In this document: positions 26,525 to 36,173 of the stretch, one piece after another
Position numbering within the stretch: position 1 is the first letter of the stretch
How the letters are laid out: each line of letters begins with the position of its first letter
Origin: Candidatus Yanofskybacteria bacterium
GTDB lineage: Bacteria > Patescibacteriota > Minisyncoccia > 2-02-FULL-40-12 > GWA2-44-9
Direction: 5' to 3'
NCBI GenBank assembly: GCA_003151795.1
Contig: PLYL01000005.1
Coordinates: 1,011 to 65,010, forward strand
Length of the DNA stretch: 64,000 nt
Made by a program: the position numbers and the translations under genes
The notes under the pieces: generated by a model
Told to the model about the DNA's origin: nothing
Seen by the model: only the letters and a program-made list of their open reading frames with translations
The model's database searches: none

Positions 26525-27844
26525 ATGATTGATTTTGATAATTTTCAGCAAATAATAGATAGAAAATTTTGGAGATGTATTACGAGAGACACCCTATGTC
26601 CAGTTGGGGAGCAGTCTAAAGATAAATTGCTTCGCATCCTCTATGATTCAATTGTGGATAAGACTTATTATCCATCTCCACCCCGAGAGTACCTTGTGAG
26701 CCATAAATCACAGAAAGTAGCCAGAATAGTTCCAGTTTTTGAAATAAAAGATTATTGTCTGTATTATTTTTGTGTAAAGCGACTTGAAGATTTTTTGACT
26801 AAAGAGCGAACCCCTAATACTTTTGGTGGATGGAGATTGAGTAATAATTTTAGTGAATTAGAACGACAAGAATTAGAGCGAAGATATCCTTATGTCGATC
26901 CCGAGTATTTTTCAGAAGGCTCTTTTAATCCATTGGCCTGGGTTAAATTCTGGGGTGAATTTACGGCTTTATTATACTCAACCCTAGAGCGAGAACAGGA
27001 GGGGTTTATTGTTGAGTTTGATATATCTAATTTTTATGATTGCGTAAGACTGGATATTCTAGAGAATAATATTAGGTCAGTATCTCCTGCAGAGTTACAA
27101 TTTGAAGTTAGTTTGCTTATGCATTTTTTAAAATACTGGAATAGGAAATTTAATTCCTATCACCCACAATCTGCAGGGATACCTCAAGACGAATCCCAAG
27201 ATTGTTCTAGAATTTTGGCTAATTTTTATCTCCAGGCCTATGATAAAAAGATCAACAGGTTATGTTCTGGAATGGGAGCTAGATATTTCAGATATGCAGA
27301 TGATCAAGTTATATTTGCAGAGAATAAATTAGTAGCCGGTAGACTCTTGTTTGAGGCGTCAAAAGAGTTATCTAAAATTGGTTTGAACATTAATACCAGT
27401 AAAGTTAAAGAGTTTAGTTCAAAGAAAGACTACGCAAACTTTTGGTCGTTCGACATACATCAAAATTTAGGCAGGAAAGATATAAAAAATGCTTTTGCAA
27501 TCTGGAAGGATAGAAAAGATAAAATAGATGGGTTCCGCAATTACCCATCTATTATTAAAAGATTTATTAGTAACGACCTTTCTGTACTGGATTTAAATGA
27601 GTACAATATGATTATGACTGAAGCTCTGTCTCGTGAGATGTATTCAGTCTATGATTCTCGCCAGCTAAAAAAGATATATTTGAAATTACACGAGGATGAA
27701 AAGAGAAAATTTATTAACGAGCTAAATCAAACGGCAAAAGTTTTTCCTTTTAATAAATTTCATTTTATCCTTAAGAAATTTTTTAGTGAATTTGGCTTTG
27801 ATTGTTCTGATTTAGACTTAAAAATTAATGAATTAAGGCTTTAG
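26525..27844 (+). CDS. Reverse transcriptase, stand-alone, UG/Abi (defence-associated)-like
   Basis: Motif A FDISNFYD, motif B GIPQDESQDCSRILANFYL, motif C RYADD (27293-27304), GLNINTSK and a helical C-terminal extension; AT-rich relative to flanks. Confidence 0.9.
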   Translation: MIDFDNFQQIIDRKFWRCITRDTLCPVGEQSKDKLLRILYDSIVDKTYYPSPPREYLVSHKSQKVARIVPVFEIKDYCLYYFCVKRLEDFLTKERTPNTFGGWRLSNNFSELERQELERRYPYVDPEYFSEGSFNPLAWVKFWGEFTALLYSTLEREQEGFIVEFDISNFYDCVRLDILENNIRSVSPAELQFEVSLLMHFLKYWNRKFNSYHPQSAGIPQDESQDCSRILANFYLQAYDKKINRLCSGMGARYFRYADDQVIFAENKLVAGRLLFEASKELSKIGLNINTSKVKEFSSKKDYANFWSFDIHQNLGRKDIKNAFAIWKDRKDKIDGFRNYPSIIKRFISNDLSVLDLNEYNMIMTEALSREMYSVYDSRQLKKIYLKLHEDEKRKFINELNQTAKVFPFNKFHFILKKFFSEFGFDCSDLDLKINELRL

Positions 27845-27853
27845 GTATCAAAT

Positions 27854-28468
27854 ATGTTGAAAAACACAATAACTATTTTAATTTTTACTACAATCGTGAT
27901 AGTGTTTTTTATTTATCGAAACGAAGCGAAAGCGCCTAGTGAGATGGTGACACCGAAGGTAAGCCAAGTAATCAATTCAGCAAATACTATTTTTGATAAA
28001 GCGCGGATAACCAAGAAACCGTTTGGGATTTATATCACGCCGAAGAATTCGCCGGTTCAGCCGGAGAAATTTACGGGCTATCATACGGGCGTGGATTTTG
28101 AGACGACCTCGGCGGAGGAAAATATCGATGTGTCGGTGCCGGCATTTTGCGACGGTAAATTATTGTTGAAAGAATATGTGTCCGGCTACGGTGGCGTGGC
28201 GGTGGAGTCTTGCGTGCTCAATAATCAACCTGTAACGATTATCTATGGCCACCTACGGCTTGCCAGCATTACGCCGGCAGTCGGGCAATTATTAAATAAA
28301 GGGGATTTGCTCGGCGTTCTTGGTAAAGGCTATTCCACCGAAACCGACGGTGAGCGCAAACATCTCCACTTTGGTATTCACATCGGTTCCGCCATCAATA
28401 TCCTCGGCTACGTTCAAACCCAATCCGCTCTCTCCGGCTGGCTGGACCCCGTGCAATTTTTGAAATAG
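27854..28468 (+). CDS. M23 family metallopeptidase
   Basis: HTGVD, GYGG, IYGHL and HLHFGI; N-terminal TM. Confidence 0.88.
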   Translation: MLKNTITILIFTTIVIVFFIYRNEAKAPSEMVTPKVSQVINSANTIFDKARITKKPFGIYITPKNSPVQPEKFTGYHTGVDFETTSAEENIDVSVPAFCDGKLLLKEYVSGYGGVAVESCVLNNQPVTIIYGHLRLASITPAVGQLLNKGDLLGVLGKGYSTETDGERKHLHFGIHIGSAINILGYVQTQSALSGWLDPVQFLK

Positions 28469-28514
28469 TTGACAAAAGACATCTTTTAAAGTATGATTAG
28501 TTTCGAAGGAGGGA

Positions 28515-28928
28515 TTGATGCGAAAGAGCTTTTGGATACAGGAGTTTATAATCATCTTGGCGGTGGTGGCAATGCTGTTTGTTGTCGTGTCAAGAACGGA
28601 CGACAAGCAGAAGCGGGTCGGCATTCAGAACTCATTCACAGCTAAGATTGTGTCCGTCGAACCAGTCAGAAGTTGTGACGCGATTCCGCCGACGAGCTAT
28701 CTTCAAGTTGTGTTTGATCGGCCAATCGGGGTAAGGATAGCTGGCTATTCTTCCGACTCAATCTTGCTTGTTGAAGTGGTTGATGGGTCGGATCTAAGGA
28801 TTATGCTTGATGGTCAGTCAAAGAAGCAGTCCAGATGGAGGCTCTCTGAAGAGCAAAAGCTTGGATGTGCTGGCAACGGAGAACGTCATCTTCTTGTCCA
28901 CGATCTTGAGCAGATTTCCCAGCCATGA
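28515..28928 (+). CDS. Hypothetical protein (ORFan, N-terminal TM)
   Basis: TTGACA-17-TATGAT promoter, AGGAGG SD and a downstream hairpin. Confidence 0.6.
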   Translation: MMRKSFWIQEFIIILAVVAMLFVVVSRTDDKQKRVGIQNSFTAKIVSVEPVRSCDAIPPTSYLQVVFDRPIGVRIAGYSSDSILLVEVVDGSDLRIMLDGQSKKQSRWRLSEEQKLGCAGNGERHLLVHDLEQISQP

Positions 28929-28982
28929 CTCGCGCAGGAACCAGGCGAAACCCTCGGTTCCATGCCGCGGGTTTTTCGTTTT
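28928..28982 (+). terminator. ACTCGCG...CGCGGGT hairpin terminator
   Basis: Nested stems plus tttttcgtttt. Confidence 0.65.
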
Positions 28983-29006
28983 AATAAATTGTGCTAATAT
29001 CCGCAT

Positions 29007-29618
29007 ATGTATAACCAACTTGCATCACAAGAACAAATAGACAAGACCGTCACGGCGCTCAAAACTAACGGCATTGATTCGTATGTGGCTAAAGATAGCG
29101 CCGACGCGAAGGCCAAGGTTATAGAGCTGATTCCGAAAGGTGTACAGATTATGACGATGCCGTCGGTCACGCTGGATACGCTCGGGATTGCTAAAGAAAT
29201 AAATGAATCCGGAAATTATGATTCTGTGCGCGCCAGGCTCTTAAAGATGGACCGCAAGACGCAAGCCCGCGAAATGAAAATGCTTGGCGCCGCGCCGGAA
29301 TACGCTATCGGGAGCGTCCATGCCGTGACCGAGGATGGTAAGGTCGTGATTGCTTCAGCGACCGGAAGTCAATTGCCGGCCTACGCCTATGGCGCGGATA
29401 AAGTCCTTTGGGTCGTCGGTACGCAAAAGATTGTCAAAGACATCGCCGACGCTTTTAAGCGCGTCCAAGAATACGTTTTGCCGCTCGAAAGCGAACGGGC
29501 CAACAAAGCTTACAACATTACGACCGGCAGTTTCGTCGCCAAGGAACTGGTTATCAATCGAGAAATCACGCCCGGACGCATCACCGTCGTTTTTGTGCCC
29601 GAAGTCATTGGTTTCTAA
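29007..29618 (+). CDS. LUD-domain (lactate utilisation LutC/DUF162-like) protein
   Basis: GSVHAVTEDG, ASATGSQLPAY and VGTQKIV. Confidence 0.8.
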   Translation: MYNQLASQEQIDKTVTALKTNGIDSYVAKDSADAKAKVIELIPKGVQIMTMPSVTLDTLGIAKEINESGNYDSVRARLLKMDRKTQAREMKMLGAAPEYAIGSVHAVTEDGKVVIASATGSQLPAYAYGADKVLWVVGTQKIVKDIADAFKRVQEYVLPLESERANKAYNITTGSFVAKELVINREITPGRITVVFVPEVIGF

Positions 29619-29645
29619 GACGAAGTAATGTGATATAGTATGAGC

Positions 29646-30605
29646 ATGACATACGAAGAAGGAATTTTGGGAATTCCGAAACAATTTAAGTATCAGCCAG
29701 AGATTATCAACAAGGATAAAATCCGCCCGTTCCAGCGGATTATTGTTTTGGGGATGGGCGGGTCGCGCTTAGCCGCGGATATTTTGAATATGCTCCAGCC
29801 GGAACTGGATATCCATATCCATTCCGATTATGATTTGCCCGCTTTGAGTTCTGAAACATTAGCGGAGGCGCTAGTGATTGCCAATTCCTATTCGGGCAAT
29901 ACGGCTGAACCGATTTCGGGCGCTAAAATTGCCATTGAGCGGGGACTTAATCTTGTGATTATCGCGAGCGGCGGGGAATTGATTACGCTCGCGAGGGAAA
30001 AGCAGATTCCTCACGCGGTTCTGCCTCATAGCCCATATCCGCCCCGGATGATGCTCGGCCATGACCTCGTAGCCATGGCGGAAATTATTGGCTTTGATTC
30101 TGCCGAATTGCAATCATGCCAGCACATTGATGCCCAAGCCTTAAAATCTGAAGGCACGCAAGTCGCCCGGCAGATGGGTTCGGCGATTCCGCTTATCTAT
30201 ACCTCGGAGCGTTTAAATGAACTCGGTTATATTTGGAAAGTTATTTTAAATGAAACCGCGAAGATGCCGGCGTTTCATAATCGTTTTCCCGAAGCGGACC
30301 ATAACGAAATCGCCGGATTCCAAGGCGATTGGGCGGCCGGGTTTCATTCTATATTTATCCGGGACGAACTTAACGCGCGCCTTGGCGAGCGGATGGATTT
30401 AACCGCTAAACTATTTCAATCGCACGGCATGCTGGTGGCTTCAATACCTCTGGCCGGCGTTTCCTTGGCCGAAAAGATTATTTCCTCGATTATTGTCGCT
30501 CACTGGACGGCCCTGGAATTGGCCGTCACAAATAATGTCGAACCGCTCGCGGTGCCGGAAATAGAAGAGTTCAAGAAAGAGCTACACAATCTAGTAAAAC
30601 CTTAA
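29646..30605 (+). CDS. Bifunctional phosphoglucose/phosphomannose isomerase (SIS domain)
   Basis: GMGGS, SYSGNT, NETAKMPA and PEADHNEI. Confidence 0.88.
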   Translation: MTYEEGILGIPKQFKYQPEIINKDKIRPFQRIIVLGMGGSRLAADILNMLQPELDIHIHSDYDLPALSSETLAEALVIANSYSGNTAEPISGAKIAIERGLNLVIIASGGELITLAREKQIPHAVLPHSPYPPRMMLGHDLVAMAEIIGFDSAELQSCQHIDAQALKSEGTQVARQMGSAIPLIYTSERLNELGYIWKVILNETAKMPAFHNRFPEADHNEIAGFQGDWAAGFHSIFIRDELNARLGERMDLTAKLFQSHGMLVASIPLAGVSLAEKIISSIIVAHWTALELAVTNNVEPLAVPEIEEFKKELHNLVKP

Positions 30606-33361
30606 CCTCCACAATCGGAATCAGTTGTGCATGTTTGATCCGGATTATCGCTACAGACGCCATTACCGGCGTCATCTATATTTGTACAAGAAGGTAAACC
30701 TGAACCGTTGACCGAGCTATCACTTGCGCATTCAATATCAGTTGTGCAGGTCTTGGTTTGATCATTGCTACAAATCCCATTACCGGCATCATCTTTGTTT
30801 GTGCAGGTACCGGCAGCACCTGAAGTGTTAGATGAAGCGCATTGAGCTTCTCCTGTGCAGGGTGTCCCCGTGTCGGTGCAATAGCCGTCTTTACAAAGAG
30901 GGTCGATACCGCCGCAATCAACTTCACTCCCGCAGGGTTGCCCAGGATTTTGGGGAGAATTAGCGGAGCAAACGTAATTTACGCAGAAGTTTGTGGGAGT
31001 TTTAGGTGTACTGCCAGTTGCTGGCGCGGTGCCGGCCGTGGGATTGGTCGCCGGTATGCCGGGGAGTTTAACCACGCTGCCAACGAGGTCGGGGTTGATG
31101 GTATTGAGAATTATAAAAGCCGAGAAGAGGACCAAGGCGCCGTAGACGGCGTTTTTCATAATAGTTTTAGCTCGACTGACTCTGTCGGCACCGCCAGCGG
31201 CAGTGAACCATAAGAATCCGGCGTAGAAAAATCTGACAAAGATAACGAGGCCGATAATCGACAGCGACCAGACAAATATCGCCGAAATCAATTGGCCGAG
31301 ATCGGTGGGCAGGCCCTTGCTGGGGACGGGGAAATCCGTACTCTTTGGAATCGGACCATTATTAACTGGACCAGTGGAAGGCGTCCCAATACCCGAGACA
31401 AATTTGACATCTTGGGTATCGGGACTCGCGGCTGCGGCGTACGTGCCGGTTACCGGATTGACGGCCGCGGCCAGCCATAGGCCATTGGCGGTCCACGTCC
31501 CGGCAAAAACAGTTTGGCCATCGCCGCCGTTATCAGAACTATCAAAGGAAGTGAACTTATCGCTTGTTTTGTTGGAATTCACGACAAATAAACCAAAGCC
31601 ATTTGTATTTTGGACGAGAATTCCGGTTTGAACTCCATCCGCGAGGGAGATAGGATCTTGTCCGGGATCATCGGCGCAAGTAGTAAGAGTCTTTGAGTCG
31701 ATAGACCCGTCTGGATTAAGCCACGCCGCGACATATGAACTATCAGTTGAGTTATAAATAATACCGGCATTGTCTTGGGCTTGGCCAAGTTCTGTCGCGG
31801 TCCCGATTGTGCCATCCGCGGAAACCGGTTGGATTTTTAATTTATCTCCATCCAAATAGGTGGCGCAATATTCTTTGGTCTTTGTATTAATCGCCACGCT
31901 CGGGGCACTGCCCTTAAGACTGACGTCGGCGAGCTTAGTCGGGCCGGTGATTGTGCCGGAACCATCAATACCAACGACCATAATTCCAACACTATTGGCG
32001 GCTTTTTCGTAAACTAAAACAAAACGCTGATTGATGGCGTCAAATTGAATGTCGCTGGCGCTATAGAGATGAGCCCCGCCCGTGGCGATTTTGAAGGCTG
32101 TACCCGAAGCCGAACCGTCTTCTGATAATAACTGGCCCCATAGGACAGCGCTTGGATCTTGGCCAGATGTCCAGACGACCAGATATTTATTTAGACTTGG
32201 ACTATAAGAGACTTTCGGCGTGTGGGCACCACTGCCGCCGATGTTTAAAACCGACCCGCTGGGCTTATTCGCGTCGGTCATTAATTGGCCTTGAATTTTT
32301 CCGCCATTTTCGGCGACAACGAGCCATAATTTTTTAGCCGGATCAAAAACAAGACTGGGGTTTTTGCCAGATAGCGCGGTCACGCCGGCACTGGTTGGAC
32401 TAATCAGGCAAGGAGCATCTTGGGGATAGACATAAGCCCAGCCGGTGAATGAGGTTCCGTCATATGGGACAGGATTAACGCCAGGATAGTTATAAATATA
32501 AAGAGGGTTGCCAGGACTACTATGTTCAGATTCGCAGTAAGTAGAAACACCATCACCGCCATCGCCATAGTTACAAGCCTCGGCATTGTTTGTTTGGCAT
32601 AATTTTAAACATGTGGCTAAACTTAAACCAGATGGTGTCGTATCAAACGTAGGACTCGTTCCTCGTATCTGTCCACCGACGATTACATTTTCAGGGCAGA
32701 AATTTCCTCCGCCGCCACTGCCAGGACCGGGATTTGGCCCAGGTGCTGGGGTAGGATTTGGAGCACCGGCCGGGCAAGTGCTTGGATCAGTGGCGTCAAG
32801 AGGGCTCTGAAGCACTATAATATTTGACCGTTCTTTTAAATCGGTGTTGCCATTGCGTGCGTCGCCGGCCGTGACCATGAATCCAAGCTGTTCTCCCGCT
32901 TTAAATTGATAGCCCGTCATTGGCGCCCAGCGGTTGTCGTAGTACCAGTTGCAGGTGGCATCGGAGATTGGCGCACCGGTAATCGGATCTCTCCCGTACC
33001 AAGCTTCAATAATTCCAGATCCAACCCACTTGCCGTTTATATTTAAAAAAAGCCAGAGTGTGTACTGGAGACTAGACGGACTCCCGTCGGGGTTAGTTCC
33101 AATAAATCCAGGAAGGTCGGTCTGGTCGGGCCAGCGGTTGGGGCCATTTTTTCTATCAAAATCAACGCTGACCGGGCCGTTAAGCACAACACTGTTGATA
33201 GTGGCTGTCACGGGCCAACTGGCAACGTCTTGCGGAGAACTGCCGGTTATGGTGGCCTGGCTTAAATTAAAGGCGTCTCCAGTCGCGGCGACGATGTGTT
33301 TTTGAGGACTAAAAAAAGCTAGCAGGATGATGCTACAGACGATAAAAATGCGAGATTTCAT
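30602..33361 (-). CDS. Large secreted multidomain protein with a CPR-type pilin (TrbC/VirB2-like) membrane domain and Cys-rich repeats
   Basis: Signal peptide; YAGFLWFTAAG..AKTIMKNAVYG..ILNTINPDLV pilin hairpin; two CTNxDDAGNGxCS..TCTTDxxC repeats. Confidence 0.75.
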   Translation of the reverse strand: MKSRIFIVCSIILLAFFSPQKHIVAATGDAFNLSQATITGSSPQDVASWPVTATINSVVLNGPVSVDFDRKNGPNRWPDQTDLPGFIGTNPDGSPSSLQYTLWLFLNINGKWVGSGIIEAWYGRDPITGAPISDATCNWYYDNRWAPMTGYQFKAGEQLGFMVTAGDARNGNTDLKERSNIIVLQSPLDATDPSTCPAGAPNPTPAPGPNPGPGSGGGGNFCPENVIVGGQIRGTSPTFDTTPSGLSLATCLKLCQTNNAEACNYGDGGDGVSTYCESEHSSPGNPLYIYNYPGVNPVPYDGTSFTGWAYVYPQDAPCLISPTSAGVTALSGKNPSLVFDPAKKLWLVVAENGGKIQGQLMTDANKPSGSVLNIGGSGAHTPKVSYSPSLNKYLVVWTSGQDPSAVLWGQLLSEDGSASGTAFKIATGGAHLYSASDIQFDAINQRFVLVYEKAANSVGIMVVGIDGSGTITGPTKLADVSLKGSAPSVAINTKTKEYCATYLDGDKLKIQPVSADGTIGTATELGQAQDNAGIIYNSTDSSYVAAWLNPDGSIDSKTLTTCADDPGQDPISLADGVQTGILVQNTNGFGLFVVNSNKTSDKFTSFDSSDNGGDGQTVFAGTWTANGLWLAAAVNPVTGTYAAAASPDTQDVKFVSGIGTPSTGPVNNGPIPKSTDFPVPSKGLPTDLGQLISAIFVWSLSIIGLVIFVRFFYAGFLWFTAAGGADRVSRAKTIMKNAVYGALVLFSAFIILNTINPDLVGSVVKLPGIPATNPTAGTAPATGSTPKTPTNFCVNYVCSANSPQNPGQPCGSEVDCGGIDPLCKDGYCTDTGTPCTGEAQCASSNTSGAAGTCTNKDDAGNGICSNDQTKTCTTDIECASDSSVNGSGLPSCTNIDDAGNGVCSDNPDQTCTTDSDCGG

Positions 33362-33413
33362 CTTTTACATATTATAGCGTATTAACAAAATAGATAGTAT
33401 GTGGATTATCCAC

Positions 33414-33476
33414 CCCGCATATAACTGTCAGCATTTTTGTCTGGACCTTGCGGGTCAACTGACAGTTATGTGCGGG
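33414..33476. mobile_element. Short MITE-like element, CCCGCACATAAC family
   Basis: accccgcatataactgtcag (33412-33431) / ctgacagttatgtgcggggt (33459-33478); flanks ATCCAC / GTCCAC. Confidence 0.65.
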
Positions 33477-33550
33477 GTCCACCCCGAGTATAAAATAAGA
33501 TTGCAACGTAGCAGGTCGTCAGTCCGTATCCATGTGATATACTAAAACGG

Positions 33551-34825
33551 ATGAAACGAGCACTAGGATATCGTGGTTTTTTCGTGTTCCTGGCGATGAT
33601 TTTGCCGGGATTGTGCTTTGGTATTTCGGCCCGCGCGAGTACTGCGAGTGATACAGACCAGCAGATCCAGTCCCTCCAACAGCAAATCGACCAATATCAA
33701 CAACAGATTGACGCCGTTCATTCGCAAGCCGTCACGCTGCAGGGCCAGATTGCGGTGCTCACTGCGCAAATCAATCAATACACATTGCAATTAAAAAGCT
33801 TAGCCCTTTCAATCAGTCAGACGAACGCCGATATCAAAGATACGCAGAAAAAAATAAGCGACGCGGAGGCGCAAATAAGCCAAGATCAGATTGTGTTGGC
33901 CCAGTATCTTAGAGTGGTGTATCAGAACGACCAAGAAACTCTGACGGGCATTTTATTTAAAAACAACACGCTCTCGGATTTTTTTAATGACGTGAATAGT
34001 ATTAGCACCACCCAAGATCAACTCAAGACGACTATCGATACCATTAAAGCTCTCGATACGTCTTTGACCGCCACCGAACAAGATTTAGAAGACAAACAGA
34101 CCACTCTTGAAAATCAGCAAGGTGAGACCCAAGTTCTCCAAAGAAATATCGCTCAAAATAAAGCTCAACAAAATTCTCTTCTGAAAAACGCTCAAGGCCA
34201 AGAGCTAACGCTCCAGCAGAAAAAAAACACTCTCCAACAAGAAATTTATTATTTGGAACAAAACGGCGTATCGGTGGATGATGCCATAAAGTATGGCAAT
34301 CTGGCCGCAATCGCCGCGGGCATCCGGCCGGCATTCCTGCTCGCCGAACTTGATCAGGAATCAGGCATTGGACAAAATGTCGGCAAGTGCAATCGCGCCG
34401 GCGATCCGCCGTCAAAGAGTTACAAAGTCGTCATGAAGCCGAGCCGCGATATCCAGCCTTTTTTACAGATAACGTCCGAACTCGGGCTTGATCCCAATAC
34501 GACGGCGATTTCTTGCGCCGCCGCGGGCGGTTATGGCGGCGCGCTCGGCCCCGCTCAATTCCTGCCGTCAACATGGCTCGGCTATGCCGACCAAGTTGCC
34601 AGTCTCACCGGCCATAGTCCGGCCAATCCGTGGAATATCGAAGATGCTTTCACCGCCGCCGCCGCGAAGCTTTTTAAAGCCGGGGCGGGGAGTAAAGACA
34701 AAGCCGGGGAAATAGCGGCCTCAAAAGCGTATTATTGCGGCAACTCGGCCAGTACGAGAAAAGATTGTATTAATTACGCGAACAATGTCCAAGCATTAGA
34801 AAGTCAAGTTCAGCAGAATCTTTAA
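33551..34825 (+). CDS. Coiled-coil (PcsB-like) protein with a lytic transglycosylase domain
   Basis: Signal peptide, long Gln-rich coiled coil, LDQES, GALGPAQFLPSTW and NPWNIEDA. Confidence 0.82.
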   Translation: MKRALGYRGFFVFLAMILPGLCFGISARASTASDTDQQIQSLQQQIDQYQQQIDAVHSQAVTLQGQIAVLTAQINQYTLQLKSLALSISQTNADIKDTQKKISDAEAQISQDQIVLAQYLRVVYQNDQETLTGILFKNNTLSDFFNDVNSISTTQDQLKTTIDTIKALDTSLTATEQDLEDKQTTLENQQGETQVLQRNIAQNKAQQNSLLKNAQGQELTLQQKKNTLQQEIYYLEQNGVSVDDAIKYGNLAAIAAGIRPAFLLAELDQESGIGQNVGKCNRAGDPPSKSYKVVMKPSRDIQPFLQITSELGLDPNTTAISCAAAGGYGGALGPAQFLPSTWLGYADQVASLTGHSPANPWNIEDAFTAAAAKLFKAGAGSKDKAGEIAASKAYYCGNSASTRKDCINYANNVQALESQVQQNL

Positions 34826-34829
34826 ATCT

Positions 34830-36170
34830 ATGAGAATTAAGAAATCAAAATTACTACTCATATCCGCGGGCGCTGTTTTTGCGGTGTTTTTATATTCGGC
34901 GCCGGCCCAGGCCGCAAGTATTTCCGCCTCTATTTCTTCGCTGACGAATTTATTTTCTCAAAAACAAATTGAAATCATAATTCCTTCGCCGACCGCCCCG
35001 CCGGTGCCCTGGACCATCTCTCAAAAAATTACCGAAGCCGAAAATCTTCTCAAAGGCGTTACTTTAACGGTCGGGGATAACGATATCGCCTACACCGAGA
35101 CGCGCTATACGCTGGTGAACGGAAAACTGGCGCCGACCGTTAAAAATTTCAAAGAGCCGGAAAAACAAATCGCCCTGGCAGTCCTTGACACCGTCTCCGG
35201 CCAGATTCAAATCGTGACTATCGTCAAACACGGCGCCGATTTAATCGCCCCGCCCGGTTGGAACATTAATATTCTTCAGCGCCTAAGCGGAATTATTTGG
35301 AACGGCTGGAACACGGCTTACAAAATCAACGTACCCGCCCACAGCGTGGTTATTGCCAATGTCTATCCCAACGAGACCGACACTAAAATTGCCCAAAAAC
35401 AAAAAGGCAAGACGGTCTATGTGACCCAGCGGACAATTGATTATGAATTATACGCCCCATATAGCCCCGATTTGCATTCATCAGAATTAGTTAAGTCGGG
35501 CGCGGGCTATACCGCCGCGGTTATTGCCAGGGCTTTCGATGATTTGCGCGTTGCCGGCGTGAAATCGCGCGCGGTTTCCGGCGCTCTCGTGGCTGATGTC
35601 TTCGCTTCGCATTCTGAATTTTTCGGCCACATTCCACTGCTTGAACAAACCGATCTCACGGAATTTGAAATCGATCCGCAGAATACGGTGGAGCGGGCCC
35701 AAGTCATTATCGGCGCGAATCAAGACCAGGCTTTCGGCACGACCTGCAGCAGCTCGAGCGCGTGCGGGTGGCTTCAATTCATGCCGAGCACCTATGCCAC
35801 GATTGTGAGAGATTACCCTTCAGCTAAATTAATCAAAGATTTTAAAACCGGCGCCGCCGATCACCTTAATTCAATGAAAGCCGCCGTCTTGCTCTATGAC
35901 GAAAATCTTAATGGCCTCATCAAAACTAACGGTCAAAAAGTACTGACCGATCCAAAACTGGAGGAGTATTTGGCGTCTTCTTATAACGGCTCGCCGAAAC
36001 ATGTCTACGCGACTCTCACCGCTTCCATCATCGGCGGTCTTCAAGATTGGATTGACGGCTTAACGGCTAAAAAAGGCGGCCTCCAAGATGAAACCAAAGG
36101 CTATCTGGTCAAGCTCCGCTATCTGCAACAGCATTATAATCCTCTCAATTCAACAGTCGCGGCCAAGTGA
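34830..36170 (+). CDS. Secreted protein with a C-terminal lysozyme/SLT-like domain
   Basis: SSSSACGWLQFMPSTY, LASSYNG and ETKGYLVK. Confidence 0.65.
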   Translation: MRIKKSKLLLISAGAVFAVFLYSAPAQAASISASISSLTNLFSQKQIEIIIPSPTAPPVPWTISQKITEAENLLKGVTLTVGDNDIAYTETRYTLVNGKLAPTVKNFKEPEKQIALAVLDTVSGQIQIVTIVKHGADLIAPPGWNINILQRLSGIIWNGWNTAYKINVPAHSVVIANVYPNETDTKIAQKQKGKTVYVTQRTIDYELYAPYSPDLHSSELVKSGAGYTAAVIARAFDDLRVAGVKSRAVSGALVADVFASHSEFFGHIPLLEQTDLTEFEIDPQNTVERAQVIIGANQDQAFGTTCSSSSACGWLQFMPSTYATIVRDYPSAKLIKDFKTGAADHLNSMKAAVLLYDENLNGLIKTNGQKVLTDPKLEEYLASSYNGSPKHVYATLTASIIGGLQDWIDGLTAKKGGLQDETKGYLVKLRYLQQHYNPLNSTVAAK

Positions 36171-36173
36171 GTC

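Noticed and set aside
26041-28468. RT as a DGR, retron or group II intron
   Set aside because: No SQ-type motif B, avd gene or adenine-mismatched TR/VR pair; no NAxxH/VTG motifs or msr-msd inverted repeats; no maturase domain or intron domain V after the ORF (the next gene starts 9 nt later).
33399-33413. DnaA-box-like TGTGGATTATCCAC
   Set aside because: An isolated imperfect pair with no box cluster, unwinding element or dnaA nearby.
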